From the NCBI RefSeq assembly GCF_963921235.1, contig NC_086108.1:68016001-68080000 (forward strand): a DNA stretch of 64,000 nt, in the 5' to 3' direction. Of this stretch, positions 1 through 13,993 are shown one piece after another (within the stretch, counting starts at the first letter, position 1; each line of letters begins with the position of its first letter). Below the pieces are notes generated by a model. The model did not search any database and was not told the DNA's origin. It was given only the letters and a program-made list of their open reading frames with translations. Origin of the DNA: Mobula hypostoma (Eukaryota). A program made the translations under genes and the position numbers.

Positions 1-870
1 AACAATCGCCTCCCTCCAATCCTCCGGTACCATTCCTGTAGACGAGGACATAAAGATCCTAGCCAGAGGCTCAGCAATCTCTTCCCTCGCCTCGTGGAGC
101 AGCCTGGGGAATATTCCGTCAGGCCCCGGGGACTTATCTGTCCTCATGTATTTTAACAACTCCAACACATCCTCTCCCTTAATATCAACATGCTCCAGAA
201 CATCTACCTCACTCATATTGTCCTCACCATCATCAAGTTCCCTCTCATTGGTGAATACCAAAGAGAAGTATTCATTGAGGACCTCGCTCACTTCCACAGC
301 CTCCAGGCACATCTTCCCACCTTTATCTCTAATCGGTCCTACTTTCACTCTTGTCATCCTTTTCTTCTTCACATAATTGAAGAATGCCTTGGGGTTTTCC
401 TTTACCCTACTCGCCAAGGTTTTCTCATGCCCCCTTCTTGCTCTTCTCAACCCCTTCTTAAGCTCCTTTCTTGCTTCCCTATATTCCTCAATAGACCCAT
501 CTGATCCTTGCTTCCTAAACCTCATGTATGCTGCCTTCTTCCACCTGACTAGATTTTCCACCTCACTTGTCACCCATGGTTCCTTCACCCTATCATTCTT
601 TATCTTCCTCACCGGGACAAATTTATCCCTAACATCCTGCAAGGGATCTCTAAACATCGACCACGTGTCCATAGTACATTTCCCTGCAAAAACACCATCC
701 CAATTCACACCCGCAAGTTCTAGCCTTATAGCCTCATAATTTGCCCTTCCCCAATTAAAAATTTTCCTGTCCTCTCTGATTCTATCCTTTTCCATGATAA
801 TGCTAAAGGCCAGGGAGCGGTGGTCACTGTCCCCCAGATGCTCACCCACTGAGAGATCTGTGACCTGACC
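1..870 (-). mobile_element. CR1 LINE fragment (region between endonuclease and RT)
   Basis: The + ORFs here (e.g. 377..739) read as antisense of CR1 ORF2, the same pattern as the antisense ORFs over the CR1 at 49270-50880. It abuts the Gypsy remnant. Confidence 0.8.
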
Positions 871-1808
871 TGAAAAATGTGTCTGATATGAGAAGGGAGC
901 TGAAAAAGGCTTATGAATTAGCTGGGGCTGCGGCTGCCAAGCCGAATCAAGGAAATAAGAGGAGGTATGATCAAAAGTTGAGGTTCTCCCAACTCCTGCC
1001 AGAAGACCAAGTCCTCATAAGGAATTTGGGGCTACCTGGGAAGCATAAGTTGGCTGACCACTGGGCGGCTACGCCCTATGTGGTGGAGAGTCAGATGCCA
1101 AATGTACCAGTTTTCCAGGTGAAACCAGAGGAGGGGAACGGGCCTGGCAAGATTCTCCATCAGAACCACTGCTGCCCCTGTGACAAGAGATACAGGTAGA
1201 CCCAGAGCCCGACCTGGAGCCTACACCTAGTAAGAGGACTCTGTGAAAATGTGGGGCGACTGCAGGGCCAACAGCAGGAGAGGTTAAGCTGGCCTCTACC
1301 CCTGGAAGGATACTGATTCGGAGGATGAGGACCTGGATGTCTGGTATATGCTGCCTTTTGCTAACTCCCCATTGATTGAGGAAGAGACTTCCAGCCCTTC
1401 TCCCACTGAATCAGGTGAAGTTGGGGGGGGGGGCTATCTGTGGACAGCCTGGGTTGCAGCGGGACCCTGCAAGGGATGAAGTGGGGCTTGGCCACGTGAC
1501 AGAGAAGTCTGAGTTGCAGATGGGGACAAGGGATAGGCTGGGGGATGCTTTGCCAGGTAGACCAGAAGTATTTCCAGTAGTGTCTGAACCTATAGAGTTA
1601 GGTGAGGGTGAAGGGAGGTGTCCAGAGAATTAGGGGACTACCAGATAAGCTGGGCTATGTAGCACCGGAGGAACAGATCATGACCCCTACCATTCTGGGG
1701 AGCTAGGTCACTACCTTTTACATCTTGTTTAGACTTTGTGTTTTGCAGAAAGGTTTGGCGAATTATCTCAAAGTCATGAGGACATGACTAAATTTGGTGT
1801 GGGGAGAG
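871..1808 (+). mobile_element. Gypsy/Ty3 LTR retrotransposon 3' internal remnant (integrase C-terminus and polypurine tract)
   Basis: ORF 879..1199 (KRRYDQK...DQVLIRN...KHKLADHW...PYVV...VFQVKPE...ILHQNH) resembles the GPY/F-region integrase tail. The PPT TGGGGAGAG lies directly before the LTR. Confidence 0.85.
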
Positions 1809-2400
1809 TATAACACACTGTAAGGTTTCACTGCTAATACAATGGCCTCTTTATAATGTTTCACTGCTAATGTAATGGTTTCTCTGTAGCAGCAATGTTT
1901 GGGTTATGACTAGAGATAACGGGGGCTTTGGAATGTGTGCCATCCAATGAGAGGCATGTTGTTCTTACTTGTGTGCCTGAGGGAAGGGATTTCACGGTCT
2001 TTAGTCAGTGAGAGATGAAGAGAGAAGACAAGAGTGGAGAGAGTTGGTAGACTGCCGGACGGAGTGGATTTGAAGCGAGGGTCCAATGTTCAGTGACACT
2101 CAGAGGAGGTCGATGGTGAACGAATGGACTGAACTGCAAGCTCCTGTGTGCACATTAGACTGTTGCATTAAAATGGGTCCTTTTTCTTTTTATTTTCTTC
2201 ACTAACCCCATAGTCAGATTAAGATTTATAAAGTTCAGTCATTTAATTGCATATGGTGTACTGTCTGATATTTTGCGGTACGGATTTGTAACCGGGCAAC
2301 ACATCCCACAGCATCCACACAAACGAGATTTCTCAGTTTGGCTGGGCCAGAGGCTGTCTTGCCCTAGACAAACGCATGTGGGCCGAACCTGAGGATTACA
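1809..2400 (+). repeat. Gypsy 3' LTR
   Basis: Starts TATAAC (decayed TGTAAC) right after the PPT and ends ATTACA. Shares the motif TCTCTGTA.C.GCAATGTTTGGGTTAT with the solo LTR at 19925. Confidence 0.75.
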
Positions 2401-3435
2401 TATGTGAATGGCGTCCTACACCACTATGTCATAAGTGCATGCCTCACTTAAAGTAAAAAAACAAAACTAAGGTATGTATTCCCAGACTCTCTTGCTTTTC
2501 CTTTTTATGTTTTTTTAAGATTTATATTTTGGAGTTACTAAAACATAACACAATTCACATCTTTCTTTAGCATTATCACTAATGGCTTCCCTTGAACGAG
2601 TCTTTCTCATTATTCCTGTGCTACTTTCCAATCATCATCTCTCATGACGAACTCTACTGCCTCTGAATTGCGTGGCTCGGTTGAGCCAAAATTTCTTGCA
2701 GTTAATTCTTAAAAAGACTGAAAACATTTTCTTTGGTCTGCATAACTAAATCTGTTTACCAGCCACTGATCCCACCTCCAACCCCACCCCCACACCAGGA
2801 GGAAATGTTATGGTAGTTGGACCTTGGCAACTGACGTAAGAAAGTCCTGCATCTATGTCTGCAACAACATGGCGAGAGAAGGCTTTGGCTTTGGCTCCTC
2901 TTTTTCTGTTCTTAGAGCAAATAGGGTGAGTATCAAGACTCCTATATTGACATCAAGAAAAGCTGATTCTTACTTCTGCATCTACTCAGACTTGCTCTAA
3001 GATTTCCAACGGTTTTATTTATACCGTCAAATACTGCTTTACTCGATGGTCAATAACTGTAAAGAATTGTTGTTTCCTTTAATTAGACAACACTGGTTTT
3101 CAGATTTCTTTCCAGTGCACGGGTCCACATTGTTGTCTATTGCATATGTCTGAATCAAAGACACAGGGATGGAAGCATCCAGTTTAGCACTGCATTTTGT
3201 GCTGTTCATACTATAAAGCCCTGGTTACACATTGCAATTGATTACATAAGTCATTTGCACAGCATAAATGCAATGTAAAATGCCAATATATCTATTGGCC
3301 GTTATCTAAATGACAACAAGGTTTCACTCCCAGAAAGACCCCAATGCCATTTATATTGGCTTTGACTGACAGAACATGGAGTCATTTTCATAAACACTCA
3401 CTGTCGCCAACAACGCTGTGATCTAATTTATGTAA

Positions 3436-3583
3436 CACACACAAAATGCTGGAGGAACTCAGCAGGCCAGGCAGTGTCTATGGAAAAGATACTCTTCTCC
3501 ATAGATGCTGTCTGGCCTGCTGAGTTCCTCCACATTTTGTGTGTGTTGCTTGGATTTCTAGCATCTGCAAATTTTCTTTTGTT
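3436..3583 (+). mobile_element. Penelope inverted-pLTR (hairpin) insertion
   Basis: Palindromic CACACAAAATGCTGGAGGAACTCAGCAGG...CCTGCTGAGTTCCTCCACATTTTGTGTG, with a near-duplication TGATCTA(A)TTTATGTAA at 3419-3435 and 3584-3599. Confidence 0.75.
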
Positions 3584-3709
3584 TGATCTATTTATGTAAT
3601 TCTATTGCATTTCTTTTTTCCCTGTAAAATACCTGTAGAGAACATTAATCTCAAGTTAGTATATGGTAACATATATGGACTTTCATAATACATTTACTTT
3701 GAATTTTGA

Positions 3710-4250
3710 TATATGATGCAGTTATATTCCAGTTCTGCAGAACATTGGTCAGATGTCAGCCGGAACTATACCCTGGAAGAGAGATATTAGCCTTGATAGG
3801 ACTGCATTTTACACTCCCAAGAATGGCTAATCAAACAAAATCAGAATTTGATTAGCATTACAGATGATATAATTTTGCCTTATACTCCCTTGGAATTGTG
3901 GGGTGACATGTACAAGATACAAAAAAATAACAGAAGGATTCAATATGGTAGATAAAGAAAATAATTTCCTCTTTTGAAGAAATTCAGAGCAAAATCACAT
4001 ATATTTAAAATGAGTTCTTATCTATTTGAAAGTAATATCACAAAGTACTTTTTCACACAATATGCAGCAGAAATTTGAATCTCTTTCCCCCATAAAGCTG
4101 TAGGTGTCGGGTCAACTGATGTTTTCAAGACTGCGATTAACATACTGTTGATATTTAAGGTTACCAGGTGTATTTCACACAATGGATGTTAAATGTTACG
4201 GGACAATCAGCCACAATCTAATGAAAGGTATATGGTGTTTTCATATTCTT
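3710..4250 (+). mobile_element. Old CR1 3' fragment
   Basis: Degenerate similarity to the CR1 3' region seen at 13994-14360 and 47779-48400. Confidence 0.5.
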
Positions 4251-4899
4251 ACGTTATTAATCAGGTTAAAATATCTGTCATTGTATTAAACACAAATCAA
4301 AATGAATCCGATGGCAATAATGATATCAAAAACTGATCTTGTTGCCAGCAATCCCATATCCAAAGTATTGGTAATCAGGCATCATAAGTACAATCAAACA
4401 ATAGTCAATTGATTTTTATATTTATATCTTACAAATAACTCATTGTATAGATGTACCATATGGAACTTCTGAAACAATGTACTTGTACTGTATATTCAGC
4501 CCTGAATGCAATTTGTTCTATTATTAAAATGGAGAGTGAAATGGGACAGAAGGGTTAGATTGATCTTACAATAGGTTGAAAGGATGGCACAACATCGCGA
4601 GCCAAAGAGCTTGTACCGTGCTATGTACTTTGTACTGAACTACTAGAAAAGCACTAATGCAGATTTTATTAATTACAAGAACAACTTCTATTTATATAGT
4701 TTACTAGATGTTTTATATGTGTGCTATCAAAAAAGCTGATCCTAAGCGATGGATGAAAATTTCAGGGCATTTAATCAATCCAGACATTTACCTCTTTTAT
4801 TTTGTTGGCATTCAGCAACAAAATATCTTAAGGGGAAAAAAGGCCGTAATAGTTTTGAGGGTTATCTTGGAGTCTAGGGCAATGGCAACTGAGACATGC

Positions 4900-5230
4900 T
4901 GTCAGGATGCTGGAGCAGGGATCCAATCGCAGACCCAGTACGGTGCACACAGTGACATTAATAGAGTGACAAATCCCGAGGTGCAAACAAAGTCGGCATC
5001 AAAGTTCAGGCAGAGATCAAAACATTCAGAGAAATCCAAAAAACAGAATCAGGAAACAGGCAGAGTCGATATTCAGACAGACAGAGTACAGATACAAATG
5101 CTGGAAAGGCTCAGGAAATTTCATTGGCACAATCTGACAACAAACAGGTGAAAACACAGGACTGAAATACACTGAGTAATAAACAGAGAGGCAGATGAGA
5201 AGTGGAGCACGATGAGACACAGGTGGCAGC
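4900..5230. repeat. Possible LTR fragment
   Basis: Begins TGTCAGGAT and has LTR-like strand-biased composition. No second terminus or TSD found. Confidence 0.3.
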
Positions 5231-5846
5231 AATATAAATATCATGAAGTTTTATATGTCTGAAGGAAAGTTCAGAATTGGAAATAATTTAAGTATATGGA
5301 GGAATTTGAAGACAAAGGCAAAAGCTTTAAAATCAAGATATAAAAAGATCAAATAAATAAAACATAAGTAAGTTGTCCAGTCCCTCAAATCTGCACCTCT
5401 ATTAAATAAGATAATCAACACGGGGACAGTGTGAGCCATCAGAATCTCAATTAGAAAGAAAAGGACCTTTAATTCATGACAAGCGTTTTGGATGACTTTG
5501 GATATATAGAGACTAGAACAAAGATGGCAAGCAAGGATTGTATTAGTATATAGTTCTTTCTTTTTCAATATTTTTATTGATTTTTTACATAAAAGAATAC
5601 AGAGTACAGTAGGATATATAATACATATTGATTACAATATATTGAAATCACAAATATAGTCTCATCACCCCACATCCGTATACATTAAATTTAAACATAA
5701 TATTGAAAAGAGATAATTTTATTATACAAAAAAATTCTAAACCCACTACCAGAAAAAAAAGTTGTTTGGTTAAAAAAAAGAAAAGGAAAAAATCCTTATC
5801 ACATAATAAAACATATTGTTAGCCAACATCTGTGCTTAATAGCAAA

Positions 5847-8800
5847 TCAACGATTTTGAAAATAATTCAAAAAAGGTCCACACAGTGTTAAAAAATCTTG
5901 TCTAGGTTCAGAAATTGAACAGCGAATGTTCTCTAAAATTAAGCATGACATAACATCATTTAACCAATGAGTATGAGTAGGCAGAGTGGCATCCTTCCAC
6001 TTAAGCAACAATGCCCTCCTGGCTATAAGAGAAATAAAGGTCAAAATATGCAAATCGTGTGACTCCAAAATAATATCATTTCCTCCAACAATACGAAATA
6101 AAGGATTAGGTTTAAAATTTACTTTAAAAAGCACCAAAGAAGTTTGGAACACTGCCTTCCAATATTTTTCAAGACTCGGAGAAGTCCAAAACATATGAAT
6201 TAGTGAGGCTTCTCCATTGTTACATCTATCACAATCGGGACATATATCTGAATAAAAACGAGAGCGCTTATCTTTAGTCATGTGGGCCCTATGAACCACT
6301 TTAAATTGTAGAAGGGAATGACGGGCACATAACGATGAGGTATTAACCAATTTAAAAATTTCATTCCAAGTATCCTCAGAAATTGGAATCTGTAAATCTT
6401 GTTCCCAGAGGTTTTAAAATTTGTCTAAAGGAATATTTCTCATTCCCAACAACATACCATAGATATGAGATATAGATCCATTATGGAAGGGTTTCAAATT
6501 AAAAATTGTATCAAGTAAATTTTCATCTGGACTTTTCGGAAATGTATGTACTTGAGAACGCAAGAAGTCTCCAATTTGTAAATATCGAAAAAAGTGGGTT
6601 TTGGGTAGGCTATACTTAGCAGACAATTGTTCAAATGAAAAGAGACTATCTCCAACAAACAAATCCTGAAAACATTTAATACTCAATCTATTCCACTCTT
6701 TAAAAACTACATCAGTCATAGAAGGTTTAAAAAAAAGTTAGAAAAAATGGGACTTGAAAGTGAAAAACCTCAATAAACCAAAATATTTTCTAAATTTTAC
6801 CCAAATCCTCAAGGTGAGTTTAACTACAAAATTATCAGTTAAATTACTTAAAGATAAAGGAATTGTGGATCCAAGAAGAGAAATCATAGAAAATTTATTA
6901 ACAGAATTAGCTTCTAAAGAAACCCAGACCGGACAGACCCCTCAATTAATATAATATAACCAATACGTAAGATTCCGTATACTGACTGCCCAGTAATAAA
7001 ACCTAAAACTGGGTAGGGCTAAACCGCCATTCTTTTTAGCTTTTTGAAGATGAACTTTATTTAATCGAGAAATTTTATTTTTCCATATGTAAGAAGATAT
7101 AATAGAATCTAGAGAATCAAAAAAGGATTTAGGAATAAAAACAGGTACAGCCTGAAATAAATATAAAAATTTAGGCAAAATATTCATTTGAATAGAATTA
7201 ATTCAGCCAATCAACGATTAAGAGAGGGGTGAGCAATTTGATAGTGCCTTCTTAACATAATTCAGAAGTGTAAAAAAAATTTCTTTAAAAAGGAATTTAT
7301 AATTCCTAGTAATTGTTATGCCCAAATAAGTAAATTGATTTCTTACAATTTTAAGATGAAGATTAGTATTAACTAATACCAAATTATTCAAAGGAAAAAG
7401 TTCACTCTTATGAAAGTTAAGTTTATATTCTGAAAACCGACTAAATCAGGAGAGTAAAGAAGGTATGGAAAGTAAAGAAGACTCCACAATAGAGATGTAG
7501 AGCAAAAGGTCATCAGCACACAGTGACACTTTGTGAGTAATACCCCTCCTTAAAATACCTGTGATATCATTAGATTTCCGGAAAGCAATAGCTAAAGGTT
7601 CCAAGACCAAATCAAAAAGCAAAGGACTCAAAGGACAACCTTGTCTGGTTCCATATTGAAGTTTAAATAGTTTAGAATTCTGGGAGTTAGTAAGAACCTG
7701 AGCGGAGGGAGATAAATAAAGCAATTTAATCCATTGAATAAAATCCTGCCCAAAGTTAAATTTTTCTAAAGTTTTAAATAAATAATTCCATTCAACCTGA
7801 TCAAAAGCTTTCTCAGCATCTAAGGATATCACACATTCCGATATCTCTTCAGAAGGAGAATAAATAACATTCAATAAATGATGAATATTAATGTGGGAGT
7901 ATCAATTTTTGAAAAATCCAGTCTGATCATCAGAAATAGTAGATGGCAAAATATTTTCAATCCTACAAGCCAAAAAGTTAGATAAAATTTTAGTATCAAC
8001 ATTAAGTAAGGAAATTGGTCTATAAGAAGAACATTCAGTTGGATCCTTATTCTTTTTAAGAATAAGTGAAATAGAGGCTTAATAAAAAGATTGTGGCAAC
8101 CTACCTAATTTAAAAGAGTCCGAAAGGACTAAATATAAGTGAGGTATAAGCAAAGAGGAAAAAGCCTTATAAAACTCTCCAGAAAATCCATCAGGACCCA
8201 GAGCCTTCCCTGAGTGCAAAGAGTGAGCAACCTCAGCAATTTCCTCGTAAGAAATGGGTTGATCCAGAAATTTTTGATTATCCGCAGAAAGTGCAGGAAT
8301 GTTTAATCGATCTAAGAAATTATTCATTACAATATTATCTTTAGAAGGATCAGAACTGTACAGTTTAGAATAGAATTCTCTAAAAGTATTGTTTATTTCT
8401 AAATGATCGGATGTTTTATAACCATTAGCTTTACAAATTCTTTTAATTTGGCATTTAACTATAAAGGTCTTTAATTGGTTAGCCAATAGTTTACCCGTTT
8501 TATCTCCATGAACATAAAACTGACTTTTATCTTTTAAAAGTTGAGTTTCAATTGGATAAGTTAAAAGCAGATCATATTTAGTTTTAATTCCAACACGTCT
8601 TTTATGTAAAGCAGGATCTGGAGCCAAAGCATAGTTTTGGCCTAATTGTTTCAACTGATTGGCTAATTCAATTCTCTCCTTATTAGTTTTTTTCTTAACG
8701 CTTGCGGTAAAAGAAATAATTTGTCCTCTAATATAAGCCTTAAAAGCATCCCGTAAAATAAGACTAGAAGTCTCTTCTAGCATATTTTCTTCAAAAAAAA

Positions 8801-9608
8801 GAGTAATTTGTCTCTCCAAAAATTTTTTAAAATCCTTGTCAGATAACAAAATTGAATCAAAACACCAGAATCTGTTTATTCAGGAGACACCTGGAAGATT
8901 TAAAGATAAAAACACAGGAGCATGATCAGAAACAGTAATTTCTTTATATTCACAGGATCGAACCAAAGGAATCAATTGACTATCAACAAAAAAATAATAA
9001 ATCCTGGAATATGTATGATGAAAATGAGAAAAAAATGAGTATTCTCTATCTGTTGGATGCAAAAAGCGCCAAACATTAACAATATCACATTTCATTAAAA
9101 AAAGATTGGATAAAGGAGGCAGATCTACTAAAAGGCAATTATTTAAAAGATGATCTAAAACAGGGTTAAACAACAGTTGAAGTCACCTCCTAAAACCAGA
9201 GAATACAGACTTAAATCTGGTAAAAGCAAAAAAAAAGTGTTCAAAAAAGCCTGAATCATCTATATTCAGGGAATACAGATTAGCAAAAACCATTAATTTA
9301 GGATCTAATTTCCCTGACACTATAACAAAACACCCATTGGTATCAGACACTATATTATGTTGAACGAAAGAAACTGAATTGTCTATAAAAATTGAAACTC
9401 CTCTCGCCTTAGCCTGAAAGGAGGAATGAAACCATAAATCCTTCCAACAGCTGAAAAGACGTAAATGATCACATTTATAAACATGCGTTTCTTGTTAAAA
9501 AAAAATTGAGACATTCAATTTCTTAATATAATTAAATATCTTCTTACATTTTACAGGATGGTTTAATCCTTTCACATTAAAACTAAGTAAATTAATATTA
9601 TGGTCCAT
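5847..9608 (-). pseudogene. L1 ORF2 (APE endonuclease, RT, C-terminal Cys domain), frameshifted
   Basis: Starts MDHNINLLSFNVKGLN and contains YSRIYYFF/SDHAPV (endonuclease), KALGPDGF, SLDAEKAFDQVEW, GTRQGCPLSPLLF, SLCADD (RT) and CDRC...HMFW. Confidence 0.9.
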
Positions 9609-10199
9609 TTTAAATATTGCTTAAGAGAGAGGTTAGAATAAAAACTGCTGAAATGTATATTAAATCGGAACAATGAACTTTAAAATAAAGTAATCAAGCA
9701 ACAAATGAAGCTAAGAGAACCAAACAGTTGATGGAAAAGAAAAAACCCACCCCCACCCCCCACCCAAAGAAAAAAAGTCAACCAAAGGGCAGTCGACAGC
9801 TAAACCTACCAACATTACCTGCCCAAAACAGTTTACTAGCTGAGCTCCAAAACATTTCCAAGGCTAATTGCATTCTAACAAGACATAACAATAAACAGAG
9901 CAAAATTAAACTTATTAAAAAACTTCATGAAAAAATATAGTATAAAATATTTTTAAAAACTAAGAAAAATCACAACATATTAATTTGGAAAGTATTAACT
10001 CAATGAAAACTTAATAATGTTAAATCCTTAATTTTCTAAGCAAAGAAATAAAAGTACAAAAAAAAATTAGATATGAAGGTATACAAAAGTTTAAAAAAAA
10101 ACAATTGTTCATAAAAGAAAGTAATGAACAGTTAGACTGCCGATTCTAAAAAAAGGATCCATCAAGCAGACACAACATAGATTTACGTAGGGAATTATT

Positions 10200-11000
10200 G
10201 AACAATTAAACTTCTGATACTGATTCGGAAATTAAGAAATCCTGCACCTCTTGAGTTGAAAGGAACCATTTCTGAGAGCCATTTTTCAAAATGATTCTAG
10301 AATGAGCGGGGTAACGAAGAGAGGGTTTAAAACCTTTATGATACAACTCCAACATCAACTTTTTAAACTTGAAACTTGAAGAATTCTGATCTTCTGGCCT
10401 TCATAATCAATCATACCTCTCTGATGAGATTCACGAATTAAAAGTTCCTTTGTTTGAAAGTCATGAAGACAAATTATCACTGAACGGGGTCGTTCTCCTG
10501 AAAGGGGTCTTGATACTGGCGATCTATGAGCTCAGTCTATTTTAGGTGGAGATTTTAAAATATTCAGAAATAATTTAGCCAAAAGGTTTGCAAAAAATTC
10601 CGAAGGCTGATTGCCTTCCATTAACTTTTTAAGACCCAGAATACGTAAGTTATTTCTTCTGCTTCTATTCTCTAAGTCGATAATCTTCTGTCTTAATGTT
10701 TCATTAATCTTTGACTGTTTATCACAGATCTTTTCCAGGTCATCAATCTTCGCATCCAAGGTCGTCAAAGTTTCTTCATTCTCTTTTATCCGTTTATCAT
10801 GTTCACTTAGTTTTTTGAATAGAATCCAATTTTAAAAACATTCATTTAAATTCAGCATTGAGTTGCCAGGATTCCTGCTGGAACTCCTCCAAAAGTTCAT
10901 TTTTATGCTTCCAAAGTGTCTCCAAAATAGATTCCAAAGTTATGGGAGGGTCCTCTTCTTTTTCAGTAGCTCTGGCACAACTCATCATAAAACAATATTG
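10200..11000 (-). pseudogene. L1 ORF1 (coiled coil and RRM), decayed
   Basis: ORF 10532..10768 contains IDLENRSRRNNLRILGL, the L1 ORF1 signature. Confidence 0.85.
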
Positions 11001-11169
11001 TGTTTAAAAGTAAGTTTTCAAAACAAGTTGGAAACAGTAAATTAAGTAGAGTAGGAGCAATTTTAAAAACGCTGTTACTCCATCACCAGCCAGTAGGTTC
11101 GTATTAGCAAATAGTTAAGACTAAAAGTAACAAAGCCCTGGCAAAGTTTTCAGCATTCCAATAAAAAAA

Positions 11170-11480
11170 TGTTTCCCTTCCTCTCCCCTCTACTTCAATT
11201 CTTCCTCTTGCTCCCTACCTCTTCTCACCGGCCTATCACCTCCTCCTTCCCTTTCTCCTATGTTCCACTCTCCTCTCCTATCAGATTCCTTCCACCCCAA
11301 CCCTTAACCTTTCCTACCCACCTGGATTCACCTATCACTTTCTAACTATCCTCCATCTCCTCCTCCCTTCCTTTCCAGTCCTGAAAAAGGGTTTCAGCCC
11401 GAAACACTGACTGTTTATTCCTTTCCATGGATGCTGCCTGACCTGCTGAGTTCCTCTAGCATTTTGTGTCTGTTACTTAG
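11170..11480 (+). mobile_element. Penelope pLTR / 3' end with decayed hammerhead
   Basis: CT-rich tract followed by CAGTCCTGAAAAAGGGTTTCAGCCCGAAACACTGACTG...GATGCTGCCTGACCTGCTGAGTTCC. Confidence 0.75.
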
Positions 11481-11999
11481 GAGTTAGACTAAGTTAGGCA
11501 TAAACATTTTAGAGATTATATTAATTTATGTTTTAAAACACAATTTGGAGTCAAAGACACCATCAAGCTTGATCAGGCAATAGCAAAGGGGAGGCACAAC
11601 TTTTACTGTAGAATATTTTTTGTCCATACAGTTCTGGAAATTGTTAGTGTGTTTGTAATTGGCTGTAGGGCCAACTTAAGACAAAGTGATGTAAAACTAG
11701 TGATGCAAATAGAAATTTATGCTCTGTTTTCAGATGATGTTGCTGAGGGGCTGCATGAGAATGAGAATTTACCTTTCAGGAAGTGAAGTTTAGCAGTGTG
11801 AGTGTAGAATTAGAAGCCATCATTGGTGATTCTCTAGCAATGATCAGGTAGATAAAATGGAACAGACAATTGGGATTCCACCAGAGAAAAATGAAATGGT
11901 CAACCGTATCAAAGGCTGCAAACGTGCTTTGAGATGTCTTGGTTTAATTAGTTTTCTTTTAAAAATACAGATAACTGCATTAATAATTTTTCCTGAGCT

Positions 12000-12450
12000 C
12001 CAAATGATCTCAAACCAATTTCAACCAATGAACGACCTCCTGAAGGATTCAGCGAATTCTGCACCACCCACTTGTCTGCTTCAAGGTGCCATACATGCAT
12101 TCCTGAGAGACAAATTCCTTGGTCCCACACCACAAGGAGCAGGTGTTGCCTTGCACCCTGAGGACTCCTGGACTGGCTTCACTCACCTCAGTGATGAACT
12201 GACTCTGCAGTCTGTGGACCTACTTTCAGGGACTCTGTCCCATTCTCAGTATTATTTGTTTACTTTTTTATTATGTTCTTTATTATTTGCATATTGGATT
12301 TTGTCAGTCTCTGTTATGTTTGGTTTTCCATGGATTCTGTTGCATTTCGATATTTCCCTGTGGGTGCCCACAATAAAATGAATCTCAAGGTTGCATATGA
12401 TATACATACATACTTTGAGAATAAATATACTTTGAACTTTGAACCTTTTG
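12000..12450 (+). mobile_element. Rex1/Babar-type LINE 3' end
   Basis: Ends AATAAATATACTTTGAACTTTGAAC, the same tail as at 24790-24810. Confidence 0.5.
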
Positions 12451-12859
12451 AAGTGCAGACATTTTTACACAACTGCAATTCTGGATTAAATGTGTTCATT
12501 GTGTTTCAGCCAATTGAACGATTGTGGACTTTTGTCAAAGGAAACTGCTTTCTCTCCTGTATTAAGCAAGAACTCACGTAGCTTGGGCAAATTAGTGTGA
12601 ATCCTCACTTTAATAATACTGAAAAAATGCTAGACATCCAGTATGCAGATGATACTGTTGTGTTCAATATTGAGGGATAGTGCAGATGACACACCCAGAC
12701 GCCAGCCTTGCGGGCTATTCAACTGAACTTTATTGATTATGCTGCTTATACATTGTGTGAACTTCTGCTATGTGGCAGTGGCTAACCGAGTGGCATAGGA
12801 ACAACACTATTAGCTGCCACAACAGACACTCTTTTCAATAGGTTTGTGAGTTCATTGAA

Positions 12860-13700
12860 TGTTGTACAGAGGTATCAAAGGGATATAAACAAATTGAGTA
12901 AGTGGGTGGGAACATGAAAGATGGAATATAAGGTGCTTACTTTAGTATGGCAAAAAATAAAAGTCAGAGTATATTTTCAAATCCTGAGGAAGTTAGGTAA
13001 TGTTGACGTTCAAAGAAATCCAAGCATCCTTCTTGCAAGTCACTGAAAACCAAGATTCTGGTGAAGTAGGTAATTTGGAAAGCAAATGAGATGTTGGCTT
13101 TTATTCAAAGAGAATTTGAGTGCAGGAATAATGTCACAGTGCAACCTTATACAGCATTGATGAGATCACATCTGGAAAATCGTGTCCAGTTTTACATTCC
13201 TTATCTAAAAAACGATATAGAAATGGAGGGAAGATTCCCTAAACTGGCTCCAACAGTGGTGGGCTTGCCTTATGAGGAGAAACTGACTAGGTTAACCCAG
13301 TATATTCAAGAGTTCAGAAGAATGAGAGGCAATTTCATTCAAACCTGTAAGGGACTTACGAGACTCAAGAGACTTGATGCAGGAAGAATTTCCCCCTAGC
13401 TAAGGAGTCTAGAAGCAGGGTGACTGTCACAAAGTACATTTTCAACTGAAGTGAGGAGAATAGTTTGTCAGGCCTAGGGATGTGAATCTAGGTAATTTTC
13501 TACCCCCAAAGGCTGTGACTCGGTCATTTGGCTATTTGAAAGAAAGATCATTAGATTTCTGCACATTATAGAAATCTAGAGAAATGTGGATAGTGACAGA
13601 AAATAGCACTGAGATGGAATATCAGCCATGACCTTAACAAACAGCGGCACAGTTTCAAAGAGCCAAATTTCTCATTTCTACTCTTATTTCTTATATTCTG
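12860..13700 (+). mobile_element. CR1 3' fragment (old)
   Basis: ORF 13091..13399 (MLAFIQREFE...SHLENRVQFY...YEEKL) is the CR1 ORF2 C-terminus. Confidence 0.85.
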
Positions 13701-13993
13701 TGGAATTCTACGCTAATGAGATTTGTGTGTTTAACTATCGTTGAACTTTCTACAGAAACAACTCTAGTACGAAAACAAGTGTTAAGGTGCCAGATGGATC
13801 TAACTATCACCACAATTCATGAACCACCAACCCACAGTTGTAGTAATATCTTGTTGATCCTCTACAAGCTGGAGTTCAAAAAGTGTTCAGGACCATTGAT
13901 GGCACAGTAAAGTGATTTCATTCACAAAAAATCCCAGACAGCTTTTGGTAGCAGACAATGCTAGCTGCTAAATCTGCAACCAATCCTAAGATT

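Larger units (their letters stand above)
5556..11100 (-). mobile_element. Full-length decayed L1-clade LINE (ORF1 and ORF2)
   Basis: TSD GTATTAGTATATAGTT (5540-5555) versus GTATTAGCAAATAGTT (11101-11116), 14/16 identical. Minus-strand AATAAA and A-rich tail near 5556-5580. ORF1 and ORF2 motifs are in the correct order. Confidence 0.93.
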
